Shown: positions 29,522-38,431 of the stretch, piece after piece | Numbering within the stretch: position 1 is the stretch's first letter | Layout: the number at the start of each line of letters is the position of its first letter | NCBI GenBank assembly: GCA_963699215.1 | Contig: OY969422.1 | Coordinates: 723,536-787,535 of the forward strand | Source of the DNA: an uncultured Solirubrobacterales bacterium | GTDB taxonomy: Bacteria; Actinomycetota; Thermoleophilia; Solirubrobacterales; 70-9 | DNA length: 64,000 nt | Direction of reading: 5' to 3' | Translations under genes and position numbers: made by a program | Notes under the pieces: generated by a model | The model's input: the letters and a program-made list of their open reading frames with translations, nothing else | The model's database searches: none | What the model was told of the DNA's origin: nothing

Positions 29522-32461
29522 ATGCCTGTCCTAGCCGACTCCCAAGAGCGCGCGATCGGGCACCGCTCCGGACCGCTCCTGCTGACCGGCGAGGCGGGGA
29601 CCGGCAAGACCGAGGTCCTGGCGCAGCGCTTCGAGCGACTGGTCGCAGAGGGGACCGCGCCGGAGCGGATCCTCGTCCTGGCGTCGTCGCAAGCCACCGC
29701 GCAGCGGCTGCGCGAACGGGTCGACGTGCTCCTCGACCGCCCCCTGGAAGAGCTCTGGGTGGGAACCTGGGAGAAGCAGTGCGAGCGGCTTCTGCGCGAG
29801 CACTCGACCGCCGCCGGCCTCGATCCGTTCTTCGCGGTCCTCGGTCCGGCGGAGCGCCTGGCGCTGCTGCTCGACCGTATCGACGACCTGCCCCTGCGCG
29901 GCCATGAGATCCGCGGCAATCCGGCGGGCCTGCTTGCCCGCCTGCTCGAGCGGACCGACGAGGTCAAGGCCGGCTCGGACCCACCCGACCCCGAGCTGGC
30001 CGAGCTGATCGCCGCCCACGACCGCATCCTCGCCGCCACCTGCAGCCTCGACCGCGCCGACGTCTACCTGGCCCTGAGCAAGCTCTTCGACGAGGCCCCC
30101 GACGTTCGCCTTCGGGTCGCTTCTCGCTTCGAGTACCTGATGGTCGACGAGCTGGAGGACACGACCGCTGCTCAACGGGCGATCCTCGTGGCGCTGTCCC
30201 AGGACAACCCGAATCAGCTGTACGCGCTGGGCACAGGTGAGGGGTTGGGGGCGTCCAGCTGGGCGCTGGGTTTTTCGCCAGGTGGGGATGCCTCACACGT
30301 GGAGCCGGCGGGGCGAAAAACAGGACGCCGCGCCCAGCCGGACACCCCCAACCCCTCACCTGTGCCCACGGTCGAACTTACCCGCCAGTTCCGGCAGCCT
30401 GAGACGAAGTTCTGGAGATGTACGAACGAGCGGGCCCAGGCACAGGCGGTTGCGCGGGAAGCCGAGCATCTTGTGGCGGCGGGAACGGCCCCCGAAGAGA
30501 TATGCGTGCTGGTGGACGACCCCACGCGTGGCGGGCCCGTGGCTGCCGCGATGGAAGAGCGGGGCATCCCGTTCCATATGTCTGGCCCGGCGGCGCTGTT
30601 CCAGCGACCGGAGGTCCGGGATGCGATCGCGTGGCTGCGCGTTCTTGCCGACCCGGGCGACTCCGCGGCGGCAGCACGCGCGCTGACCCGCCCCCCGGTC
30701 GAGCTGCGCTCGGCTGACTTGGCGCGGCTGACGACGATCTCGCGGCGGCGCAAGCTCGACCTGGTGTCGGCCTGCGAGGCGGCGCTGGAGAGCCCCCAGA
30801 TATCTCCCGAGGCGCGCGAGCGGATCCAGTCCTTCCTCAAGCTCTACGGAACGGCGTCGGCGGTGCTGGAGGAACGCCGCGCCGACGTCTTCGTGCGACG
30901 GCTGATCGAGGCGGTGGGGTTGCGCCGGCAGCGGCTCTTCGCCGCCCAGCCCGAGGTGGCGGAGCGGCTGCTCGGACTGTCGCGCCTGGCCGAGCTCGCG
31001 GCTGCCTGGGCGCGACGCGAACCCAACGGCTCGACGCGCGATTTCGTCCGCCATCTCACCGCCGTCGCCGACGCCGGGGTTGAGCCGGCCGACGTGGCCG
31101 AGCCGCCGGCGCGCGCGGCGGTGCAGGGACACGTGCGCGAGGCGATCAAGGGAATGGAGTTCGAGCACGTCTTCTTGTTGGGGATGGAGCGCGACGAGGG
31201 AGCTGAGCGGATCGGTCGCCCGGCTCGGCTGGGCCTCGTCCTCTCCCGGGTGGAGCGGGGCGACGAAGGCGAGAGCCGCGCCTCGGAGCTCTACGCCGCG
31301 GCGTTGTCGGAGGCGGACGCCGACGAGGAACCCCACGCCGAGGAGCTGTTCGGCCCGGCCGAGGGGCTGCACGCGACCTACCGCCTGCTGCGCGAGGAGG
31401 TGCTGGAGGCGTCTTGGAAAGCGGGCCGGGAGCTGTCGGAGCCGCGGCTGGACACCGCTGTCGACGTCAACCGCGCGATCGCCCGCTACCTGGAGCTGCT
31501 GAAGCTGGCGGCCCTCGCCCAGCGGCCCGGTGACGAGGCGACCGCGGAGGCGATCGACGCGATCAACGGGCTGCTGCGCCAGGTCGCGACGCCCGAGCAG
31601 CAGGCCGAGCTCGACGCCTCCTCGCTCGACTCCTACCTGCTCGGCTCCGAGCGGGAGCGCGAGGGGCGCCAGCGGCTGATCGCGGCGCGCCAGGAGCCCT
31701 CGCTGGAGGCCTTCCTGCCGCGCCGCGGCGACGGCTCGCTCAGCCTCTCCGCCTCCGACCTCGACCTCTATCTGACCTGCCCGCTGAAGTACAAGTTCGC
31801 GCGCGTCTTCTCCATCCCCCAGGAGCCGACGATCAACCAGCGCTTCGGCATCCTCATCCACAACGTGCTGGAGCGTTTCCACAAAGAAGATGAGGGCGAG
31901 GGCGAGGAAGACGGGCTGCGGCGCCTGATGTCGTTGTTCGAGACGGGCTGGCGGCGCAGCGGCTTCGGCAACAGCGACGACGAGCTGCAGTTCCGCGACC
32001 GGGCGCGGAAGGCGATGCGCCTCTACTGGGAGCGGGAGCGCGACTCCGACGGCGAGCCGGTCTGGCTGGAGCGGAAGTTCGACATCCGGATCGGCGAGCA
32101 CCACGTGCGCGGCCGGGTCGACCGGGTCGACCGCCTGCCGGGCGGGGGCCACGAGCTGATCGACTACAAGACGGGCGAGCGCAAGAGCGAAGCCCAGCTG
32201 GAGAGCGACCTGCAGCTGGCGCTCTACCGGCTCGCCGCTCGCGAGGCCTGGGAGCTAGAGGCCGATACCGGCAGCTACTACTACGTGCTGGACGCCGAGA
32301 AGGTCGCCGCGCCGAGCAAGCCCGACGACGCCGAGCGGGTCGAGCGCACCGTGCTGCAGGTCGGCGAGGGCGTCCTCGGCCAGGACTTCGAGCCACGCCC
32401 CTCGCCAACCGTCTGCGGCTGGTGCGACTACCGCCTGATCTGCCCAGCGGCAGAGAGCTAA
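29522..32461 (+). CDS. UvrD-like helicase fused to a RecB/AddB-type PD-(D/E)XK nuclease with a Cys cluster (AdnA/AddB-like)
   Basis: Walker A GEAGTGKT and DExx MVDELED. C-terminal nuclease motifs LTCPLKYKF, ELIDYKTG, QLALYRLA and CGWCDYRLICP. It carries a 45-codon in-frame palindromic insertion. Confidence 0.8.
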   Translation: MPVLADSQERAIGHRSGPLLLTGEAGTGKTEVLAQRFERLVAEGTAPERILVLASSQATAQRLRERVDVLLDRPLEELWVGTWEKQCERLLREHSTAAGLDPFFAVLGPAERLALLLDRIDDLPLRGHEIRGNPAGLLARLLERTDEVKAGSDPPDPELAELIAAHDRILAATCSLDRADVYLALSKLFDEAPDVRLRVASRFEYLMVDELEDTTAAQRAILVALSQDNPNQLYALGTGEGLGASSWALGFSPGGDASHVEPAGRKTGRRAQPDTPNPSPVPTVELTRQFRQPETKFWRCTNERAQAQAVAREAEHLVAAGTAPEEICVLVDDPTRGGPVAAAMEERGIPFHMSGPAALFQRPEVRDAIAWLRVLADPGDSAAAARALTRPPVELRSADLARLTTISRRRKLDLVSACEAALESPQISPEARERIQSFLKLYGTASAVLEERRADVFVRRLIEAVGLRRQRLFAAQPEVAERLLGLSRLAELAAAWARREPNGSTRDFVRHLTAVADAGVEPADVAEPPARAAVQGHVREAIKGMEFEHVFLLGMERDEGAERIGRPARLGLVLSRVERGDEGESRASELYAAALSEADADEEPHAEELFGPAEGLHATYRLLREEVLEASWKAGRELSEPRLDTAVDVNRAIARYLELLKLAALAQRPGDEATAEAIDAINGLLRQVATPEQQAELDASSLDSYLLGSEREREGRQRLIAARQEPSLEAFLPRRGDGSLSLSASDLDLYLTCPLKYKFARVFSIPQEPTINQRFGILIHNVLERFHKEDEGEGEEDGLRRLMSLFETGWRRSGFGNSDDELQFRDRARKAMRLYWERERDSDGEPVWLERKFDIRIGEHHVRGRVDRVDRLPGGGHELIDYKTGERKSEAQLESDLQLALYRLAAREAWELEADTGSYYYVLDAEKVAAPSKPDDAERVERTVLQVGEGVLGQDFEPRPSPTVCGWCDYRLICPAAES
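30229..30367. repeat. 139-bp imperfect palindromic element embedded in frame in the helicase gene
   Basis: GGGCACAGGTGAGGGGTTGGGGG...CCCCCAACCCCTCACCTGTGCCC, with nested inner pairings (CTGGGCGC/GCGCCCAG and GTTTTTCGCC/GGCGAAAAAC). It is translated as TGEGLGASSWALGFSPGGDASHVEPAGRKTGRRAQPDTPNPSPVP. Confidence 0.8.
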
Positions 32462-32467
32462 GGGTCA

Positions 32468-32622
32468 GCAGGAAGCCCGGTTGTCCTCCGGGTGAATTGA
32501 TGTCGCACGCGCGCTCCGCGCGCTTAGCGACGGTGTTTGTGCGCGGCTAACGCCGCACAGAAAACAGATTGCATATCGCGGCCTTCGGCCACATTCCCCC
32601 GGAGGACAACCGGGCTTCCTGC
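32468..32622. repeat. Structured palindromic element, family A copy 1 (candidate ncRNA or structure-dependent repeat)
   Basis: A 25-bp perfect closing stem GCAGGAAGCCCGGTTGTCCTCCGGG / CCCCGGAGGACAACCGGGCTTCCTGC surrounds a core of about 104 nt with three internal hairpins. Confidence 0.75.
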
Positions 32623-32690
32623 CAACGCTCAGCTGCAACTCCTCTCAAGCTCAAGCAAAGCGAGTTGAGCTGACCCCACTCTGGCTTGAT

Positions 32691-32840
32691 GAAGAAGCGG
32701 CGATCCACTCTCGCGGGAATGTCGCGAAGCGGCGATATGCAATCTGGTGATTGCGCGGCTTCAGCCGCGCACCAACTCAGTCGCTAAGCCCCAAAGGGGC
32801 GTGCGACATCAATTCCCGCGAGAGTGGACCGCCGCTTCTC
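32691..32840. repeat. Structured palindromic element, family A copy 2, inverted relative to copy 1
   Basis: Closing stem GAAGAAGCGGCGATCCACTCTCGCGGGAAT / ATTCCCGCGAGAGTGGACCGCCGCTTCTC. The reverse complement of the core aligns block by block with 32493-32596. Confidence 0.75.
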
Positions 32841-32859
32841 TACAACAGGCGATCGTGTG

Positions 32860-33732
32860 TCAGTTCGACTCGCCGCGGCGCTGCTGCAGGAACTGCTGGA
32901 ACTCGCGGGCGATCGTGTCGGCGGAGGGAAGGTCGCCGCCCTCCTCGCCGAGCTGCTCCACCTGCTCGGCCTCGATCCGCTCGACCAGCTCGGCGATCTC
33001 CGGGTTGGCGGCGACGGCGCGGCCGATCTGCTCCTCGTAGCTGGCCGTTTCCTCCTCCAGCGCGGTGGCGTCGACAGCGATCCCGGTGAGGCCCTCGAGC
33101 CGCCGCAGCAGTGCCAGGGCCGCCTTCGGGTTGGGAACCGCCGCGACGTAGTGCGGCACCGCCGCCCAGAGCGAGGCCGAGGTGATCCCGATCCTGCGAC
33201 AGCAGTCGTGAACGACGCCGACGATCCCGGTCGGGCCTTCGTAGTTGGAGCGCTGCAAATCCAGCTCCTCGACCAGCTTCTCGTCCGAGGCGAGGCCGGT
33301 GATCGGCACCGGCAGGGTGTGGGAGACCTCCGCCACGAGCGCACCCAGGGTCACGACCATCTCGACCCCGAGCGCGTCGGCCGCGGTCGCAACCGTCTCC
33401 GAGAAGGTGCGCCAGCGCAGGTTGGGCTCGGTCCCGTCGAAGAGCACGAGGTCGCGGCCGGCCCCGGGGATGCGGATCGCGATCAGATCGTTCTGCGGCC
33501 ACTCGATCTTGCGGGTCTGGCCTTCGGAGAGGACGATCGTCGGCCGGGTCGCCTGGAAGTCGAAGTAGTCCTCCGGATCTACATTCGCCACCGGCTCGGC
33601 GTCGAAGCTGTCGGCCACCGCGCCCAGCGCGGCCGAAGCGGCGCCGGCGGCGTCGTTCCAGCCCCTGAAGGCGCAAACCAGAACCGGAGAGCGCAGCTGC
33701 GGCACCTCGGAGTGCCAGGTGAGCGAATCCAC
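32860..33732 (-). CDS. PAC2-family (proteasome assembly chaperone-like) protein
   Basis: 290-aa ORF with a GTG start; MDSLTWHSEVPQLRSPVLVCAFRGWNDAAGAASAA is typical of actinobacterial PAC2 proteins. Confidence 0.7.
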   Translation of the reverse strand: MDSLTWHSEVPQLRSPVLVCAFRGWNDAAGAASAALGAVADSFDAEPVANVDPEDYFDFQATRPTIVLSEGQTRKIEWPQNDLIAIRIPGAGRDLVLFDGTEPNLRWRTFSETVATAADALGVEMVVTLGALVAEVSHTLPVPITGLASDEKLVEELDLQRSNYEGPTGIVGVVHDCCRRIGITSASLWAAVPHYVAAVPNPKAALALLRRLEGLTGIAVDATALEEETASYEEQIGRAVAANPEIAELVERIEAEQVEQLGEEGGDLPSADTIAREFQQFLQQRRGESN

Positions 33733-33759
33733 TTCTTTGAGACTACAGACGAGCTCATT

Positions 33760-33775
33760 GTGAATCGGGATTCAC
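33760..33775. promoter_or_regulatory. Candidate operator, GTGAAT-cggg-ATTCAC
   Basis: Inverted repeat in the 58-bp divergent spacer between the PAC2 gene and the ABC pump. A TATGAT -10-like hexamer lies 9 nt before the ATG at 33791. Confidence 0.2.
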
Positions 33776-33790
33776 TATGATCGCCGGCCG

Positions 33791-34525
33791 ATGCTCGAGC
33801 TGAGCCAGGTCAGCAAGTCCTACCCGATCGGCGGCGATCTGGTCGAGGTGCTCCACGACGTCTCGCTGGAGATCCGCCCCGGCCGGCTGGTGGCGATCGT
33901 CGGCCCCTCGGGGAGCGGCAAGAGCACGCTGCTCAACCTGATCGGCACCCTCGACACGCCGAGCAGCGGCTCGCTGCGCTTCGACGGCCGCGACGTCGGC
34001 AGCCTCTCGCCCCGGGCGCGGGCCGACTTCCGCGCCGCCAACCTCGGCTTCGTCTTCCAGTTCTTCAACCTGCTGCCGGGACTGACCGCGCGGCAGAACG
34101 TCGAGCTCTCGGCGGCGATCGCCGGCCGCGAGCGGGGCGCCTCGCGCAACCGCGCAACCGAGCTGCTGGAGCTGGTCGGCCTCGGCGAGCGGGTCGACGC
34201 GCCCGCCCGCAACCTCAGCGGCGGGCAGATGCAGCGCGTGGCGATAGCGCGGGCGCTGGTCAACGAGCCGCGCCTGGTCCTCGCCGACGAGCCCACCGGC
34301 AACCTCGACCAGCGCAACGCGGCGCAGATCCTCGAGCTGCTGCGCGAGCAGGCAACCGCGGAGCGGGCGGTCGCGATCGTGACCCACGACCGCGAACTGG
34401 CCGAGCGCTTCGCCGACGAGATCGTCACCATCGTCGACGGCCGTCTCGACGGGATCGCCTCGACAGGCGGCAACGGGCGGCGGAGCTGGCTGGCGAGCGG
34501 CCTGCGCGTGCTCGCCGGGAGATGA
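33791..34525 (+). CDS. ABC transporter ATP-binding protein (MacB/LolD-type)
   Basis: Motifs GPSGSGKSTL, LSGGQMQRVAIARAL and LADEPTGNLD. Confidence 0.9.
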   Translation: MLELSQVSKSYPIGGDLVEVLHDVSLEIRPGRLVAIVGPSGSGKSTLLNLIGTLDTPSSGSLRFDGRDVGSLSPRARADFRAANLGFVFQFFNLLPGLTARQNVELSAAIAGRERGASRNRATELLELVGLGERVDAPARNLSGGQMQRVAIARALVNEPRLVLADEPTGNLDQRNAAQILELLREQATAERAVAIVTHDRELAERFADEIVTIVDGRLDGIASTGGNGRRSWLASGLRVLAGR

Positions 34526-37038
34526 GGGCCGCCGCGAAGCAGGCGCGGATCGCCGTCCTGCTCACCCGCCACCTGCTGCACACGATGGGACGCCACCGGG
34601 CCCGGGCGGCGATCCTGCTGGCGGCGCTCTCGGTCGCGCTCGGGATCGGCATCGGCCTGCTCGCCTTCGTCTCCAGCATCGAAGACTCGTTCCGCGAGCG
34701 GGGCAAGGCGGTCGGCGGCGTCTCCGACTTCCAGGTCGAACCGGTCTCGCCGACCGCCTCGCTCCCGGCCCGGCTCGCCTCCGAGCTTGGCCGGATACCG
34801 GGGACCCGCTACGCGGTGCCGATGGCGCAGCAACGCGTCACCCTGGCGGTCGGGAAGGAGTCCGCGGTGGCGACGGCGATCGGAATCGACCGCTCGGCCC
34901 GCCGCCTGCGCAGCGCCGTCCAGCGCGAGCTCGACCTCGACGCGAGCGGCGCCGGCCGACCCGGAATCGCCCTCACCCGCGCCCTGGCTCGGGAGCTGGG
35001 CGGGGTCGAGCCGGGGCAGCGGCTGAACGTCTTCGCCTACGGCCGCTCGCCGCGGCTGAAGGTGGGACGAATCGTCGACGCCGACGCGGCGATCGAGGAC
35101 ATCGTCACCCTGCCCCGGGCGCAGCTGCAGCGGTTGAGGGGCGCGCCCGGCCGGCCCAATGTCGTCTACGTCAAGCTCGGCCCGGGCGCCTCCTCGTCGG
35201 CCTGGGAACGCCGCGCCCAGGCGATCCTGCCGGCGAACGCGAAGCTGGCGACCGCCGCGACGAGCCAGGAGGAGCTGAGCCACGTCCTCGACTTCACCGT
35301 GCGGGCGCCCACCCTCGTCTTCGGGCTGGTCGTGCTGGCGATCGCGGCGCTGCTCATCTACGTCCTGCAGCTGATGCGGATGCTGGAGCGGCAGGAGGAT
35401 CTCGGCCTGCTGCGGGCGCTGGGCTCGGGACGGGTGGCGCCGGTGCTCGCCGAGAGCGCGGTGCTCGCCGTGCTGCTCGCCGCCGCACTCGTTCCCGGAA
35501 TCTTGATCGGCACCCCGATCGCCCACTATCTCGCCGCCCAGGTGCCGAGCTACCTGACGGACGTCTTCGGCTTCAACATGCAGGTCGAGGTCCGTCCGGG
35601 AGTCGTCGCGATCGCCGCCGGTGTGGCGCTGGCGGTCGGGGTCGCGGCGACCGTCGCCGCGCTCGCCTCGGCGCGCGGCTCGATCGCCTCCCAGCTCGGC
35701 CGCTCGCCGCAGGCGGGGGCCACGGTCGTCTCGACGATCTCGCTGCGCTCGGCGGCGGCGCTGATCGCGGGCGGCGGCGGCTGCCTCGCGCTTGGGCTGG
35801 CGCTGAGCGGCTGGGGCGGGTACCCGGCTGCAGCGGCGGCGATCCTGATCGGCCTGGCGCTGCTGACCCCGGGCGTCGTCGGGCTCGTCGCCCTGGCGCT
35901 GGGCCGGCGCGAGGGCAGCGGCCCGAAGGCGGTGATGGTCGCGCGCTCGGCCTTCGAGGCAAACCCGCGCCGCGCCGCCATGGCGGCGGCGATCATGGCG
36001 CTCGGGATCGCCGCGGTCGTGCCGCCGCAATTGGCGGAACGGGCGCTGGTCGATCGGCTCGACAAGATCATCGCGCCGATCCGGCCGCAGGCCGAGGAGC
36101 TGGTCGGCGCCGACGACGCCTACTACAGCGTTCCGATCACCGCCGGCTTCGCCCGCCGCGCCCTGCGCGACGAGGCGGCGCCGGCGAACCCGACCGTGTT
36201 CACCTTCATCAGCTACCGCGGCCGCAAGATCGAGCTTCGCGCCGTCGACGCGCAGGCTCGCGACGGCATCTTCAACAAAGGGATCGGGTTGTCGAGCGCC
36301 TTGCCCGAGCTGCGTCGCCATCCAGATGAAATCCTCATCTCGCGGGTGATGGCGGCGGGCCTCGGCCTGTCCAGCGGCGACGAGATCGAGCTCGACACGG
36401 TCTCCGGGCCGCGGCGGCTGAAGATCCGCGGCGAGGTCGAGGAATTCTCCTGGCCGTCCGGGACCATCTTCATGGACATCCGCCGCTACCGACGGCTCTT
36501 CCGCACCGCCGCGATCAACGTGCTCGCCGTGCGCCGGCAGGGAATGGTCGACCGGCCGGCGCTCGCGCGGCTCCAACCGCTGCACACCTTCTCCGGCAGC
36601 GAACTGCGGGGCAGGATCGACGAACAGATGGACAAGAGCACGCAGGGCCTGCTGGCGATGCGGGGGCTGACCCTGCTCGCGGCGCTGGTCGCCGTCGGCG
36701 GCATCCTCGCCACCGCGGTCTTCGCCCGGCGACGGGAATGGGCGGTGCTGCGGGCGATGGGGATGCGCAGCGGCGGCCTCTTCGCGGCGCTGGCGCTGGA
36801 GACGCTGCTGGTGATGATCCTCGGCGGCCTCTGCGGCGCGATCGGAGGGATCGTCTCCTTCCGCGGTCCGACCCTCGGCTTCCTCGAGTCCCAGGGCTAC
36901 GTCGTCGAGCACGGAATCGCGCCGCTCGCCGTCCTCGCCGTCTTCGCCGGCGCGGTGACGATCGGCACCGTCGCCACCGCCCTGCCCGCCTGGCTGACTG
37001 CTCGCGCGCCGCTCGCCGACGCGCTCTCCTACGAGTGA
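34522..37038 (+). CDS. FtsX-family ABC permease with duplicated FtsX domains
   Basis: 838-aa multi-TM ORF overlapping the ATPase stop codon, with two FtsX-like 4-TM bundles. Confidence 0.8.
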   Translation: MRAAAKQARIAVLLTRHLLHTMGRHRARAAILLAALSVALGIGIGLLAFVSSIEDSFRERGKAVGGVSDFQVEPVSPTASLPARLASELGRIPGTRYAVPMAQQRVTLAVGKESAVATAIGIDRSARRLRSAVQRELDLDASGAGRPGIALTRALARELGGVEPGQRLNVFAYGRSPRLKVGRIVDADAAIEDIVTLPRAQLQRLRGAPGRPNVVYVKLGPGASSSAWERRAQAILPANAKLATAATSQEELSHVLDFTVRAPTLVFGLVVLAIAALLIYVLQLMRMLERQEDLGLLRALGSGRVAPVLAESAVLAVLLAAALVPGILIGTPIAHYLAAQVPSYLTDVFGFNMQVEVRPGVVAIAAGVALAVGVAATVAALASARGSIASQLGRSPQAGATVVSTISLRSAAALIAGGGGCLALGLALSGWGGYPAAAAAILIGLALLTPGVVGLVALALGRREGSGPKAVMVARSAFEANPRRAAMAAAIMALGIAAVVPPQLAERALVDRLDKIIAPIRPQAEELVGADDAYYSVPITAGFARRALRDEAAPANPTVFTFISYRGRKIELRAVDAQARDGIFNKGIGLSSALPELRRHPDEILISRVMAAGLGLSSGDEIELDTVSGPRRLKIRGEVEEFSWPSGTIFMDIRRYRRLFRTAAINVLAVRRQGMVDRPALARLQPLHTFSGSELRGRIDEQMDKSTQGLLAMRGLTLLAALVAVGGILATAVFARRREWAVLRAMGMRSGGLFAALALETLLVMILGGLCGAIGGIVSFRGPTLGFLESQGYVVEHGIAPLAVLAVFAGAVTIGTVATALPAWLTARAPLADALSYE

Positions 37039-37043
37039 CCGCG

Positions 37044-37697
37044 ATGTCTGGCCAGACCAAAGCCGGCACCTCCGCCCGCGGCGAAGCGACGCGGGCGCGG
37101 CTGCTCGACGCCGCCGTCGAGCTGCTCGAGGAGGGCGGCTACGCAGCCGCCTCGGTCGCCGCGATCGCGCGGCGCAGCGACGTCGCGGCCGGCGCCCTCT
37201 ACCGCCACTTCCCCTCGAAGGCGGAGCTCTTCGTCGAGGTGTTCCGCAGCGCCGCCGAGCAGGAGCTGGCGGCCCTGCAGGAGGCCAGCGCCGAGCCCGG
37301 GACCGTGGCCGAGAAGCTGGAGGCGGTGGTGCGCGAGTTCACCCGCAGCGCGCTGAGCCAGCCGCGGCTTGCCTGGGCGCTCGGCTACGAGCCGGTCGAT
37401 CCCCTGGTCGACGCCGAGCGTCTCGCCTACCGGCAGACCTACCGCGAACGCCTCGCCGCGCTGATCAGGGCGGGGATAGCCGCGGGCGAGCTGCCCGATC
37501 AGGACCCGGACCTGACCGCCGCCTCGCTGATCGGCGCGATCAGCGAGGCCCTGGTCAGCCCGCTCTCGCCGGTCGCCGGCGAGGACGTCGACCCCGAGCG
37601 GCTGGCCACATCCCTCTCCGCTCTCTGCCTGCGCGCGGCCGGGGCCGCTCAGGCGCCCTCCGCCGGCGCGGCGAAGGCGCGGCGGACGAGGCCGTAG
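37044..37697 (+). CDS. TetR-family transcriptional regulator
   Basis: Start MSGQTKAGTSARGEATRARLLDAAVELLEEGGYAAASVAAIARRSDVAAGALYRHF, within track ORF 36738..37697. Confidence 0.85.
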   Translation: MSGQTKAGTSARGEATRARLLDAAVELLEEGGYAAASVAAIARRSDVAAGALYRHFPSKAELFVEVFRSAAEQELAALQEASAEPGTVAEKLEAVVREFTRSALSQPRLAWALGYEPVDPLVDAERLAYRQTYRERLAALIRAGIAAGELPDQDPDLTAASLIGAISEALVSPLSPVAGEDVDPERLATSLSALCLRAAGAAQAPSAGAAKARRTRP

Positions 37698-38029
37698 GCG
37701 ACGTAGAGCGCCAGGGCGGCGAAGGAGAGTTCGAGGACGCGCTGCGAGACCTCGTTGGCGACGACGACCCCGATCAGGACGCCGAGCGGCGAGAGGGCGC
37801 CGATGACCAGCGCGGCGCGGAGGTCGAGGTTTCCGTAGGCCCTCTGGCGGTAGGCGCCGACCAGGGCGACGATCACGATCATCAGCAGCGAGGTCGACTC
37901 GCCCTCGACCTGGGAGAGGCCGAGGAAGATCGTCAGCGCCGGCACGAAGAGGACGCCGCCGCCGACGCCGACCAGGCCGCCGGCGAGGCCGCCGGCGACG
38001 GCGATCAGGGCCGCGAGCAGCTCATCCAT
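37649..38029 (-). CDS. TauE/SafE-family membrane protein, C-terminal half
   Basis: 126-aa four-TM ORF with GGLVGVGGGVLFVP-type motifs. Confidence 0.65.
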   Translation of the reverse strand: MDELLAALIAVAGGLAGGLVGVGGGVLFVPALTIFLGLSQVEGESTSLLMIVIVALVGAYRQRAYGNLDLRAALVIGALSPLGVLIGVVVANEVSQRVLELSFAALALYVAYGLVRRAFAAPAEGA

Positions 38030-38047
38030 CGCTCGGTCGCTCCGCGC

Positions 38048-38413
38048 TCATCGGACGATCAGCTCGATTGCGATCGCGATCAGCAGGGCGGCGAAGAGCA
38101 GCGACACGGCGCGCTGCGAGATCCGCTGCTGGATCGCCGTGCCGGCGACGACGCCCCCGATCGCCGGGATCGAGAGCAGCAGGCCGGTGCCGACGTGGAC
38201 GTTGCCGTAGAGGCCGCCCTGGGCGAGGGCGCCGAGCAGGCCGATGAGGACGATCGCGCCGAGGCTGGTGCCGGTCGCGAGCCGCTCCCCGTAGCCGAAC
38301 CAGAAGATCAGCAGCGGCACGATCACGGTGCCTCCGCCGACCCCGAAGAGGCCGCTGAAGACGCCGGCGAGGGTGCCGATCGCGGCGAGCCTCATCGTCC
38401 GCTGGGAGGGCAT
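38048..38413 (-). CDS. TauE/SafE-family membrane protein, N-terminal half
   Basis: 121-aa four-TM ORF with the FGVGGGTVIVPLL motif. It is separated from the second half by a TGA and 18 nt. Confidence 0.65.
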   Translation of the reverse strand: MPSQRTMRLAAIGTLAGVFSGLFGVGGGTVIVPLLIFWFGYGERLATGTSLGAIVLIGLLGALAQGGLYGNVHVGTGLLLSIPAIGGVVAGTAIQQRISQRAVSLLFAALLIAIAIELIVR

Positions 38414-38431
38414 CGCGCGATACTAAGCGCC

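Noticed and set aside
30229-30367. Intein or self-splicing intron in the helicase gene
   Set aside because: At 45 codons it is far too short for an intein. There are no Cys/Ser/Thr...HN splice-junction residues and no group I or II intron features. The DNA is a simple foldback palindrome.
32468-32840. Integron attC sites, a retron msr/msd locus, or CRISPR repeats
   Set aside because: No integrase, reverse transcriptase or cas genes occur in the window. The ends lack the RYYYAAC/GTTRRRY attC consensus. The elements are scattered between housekeeping genes rather than arranged as cassettes or arrays.
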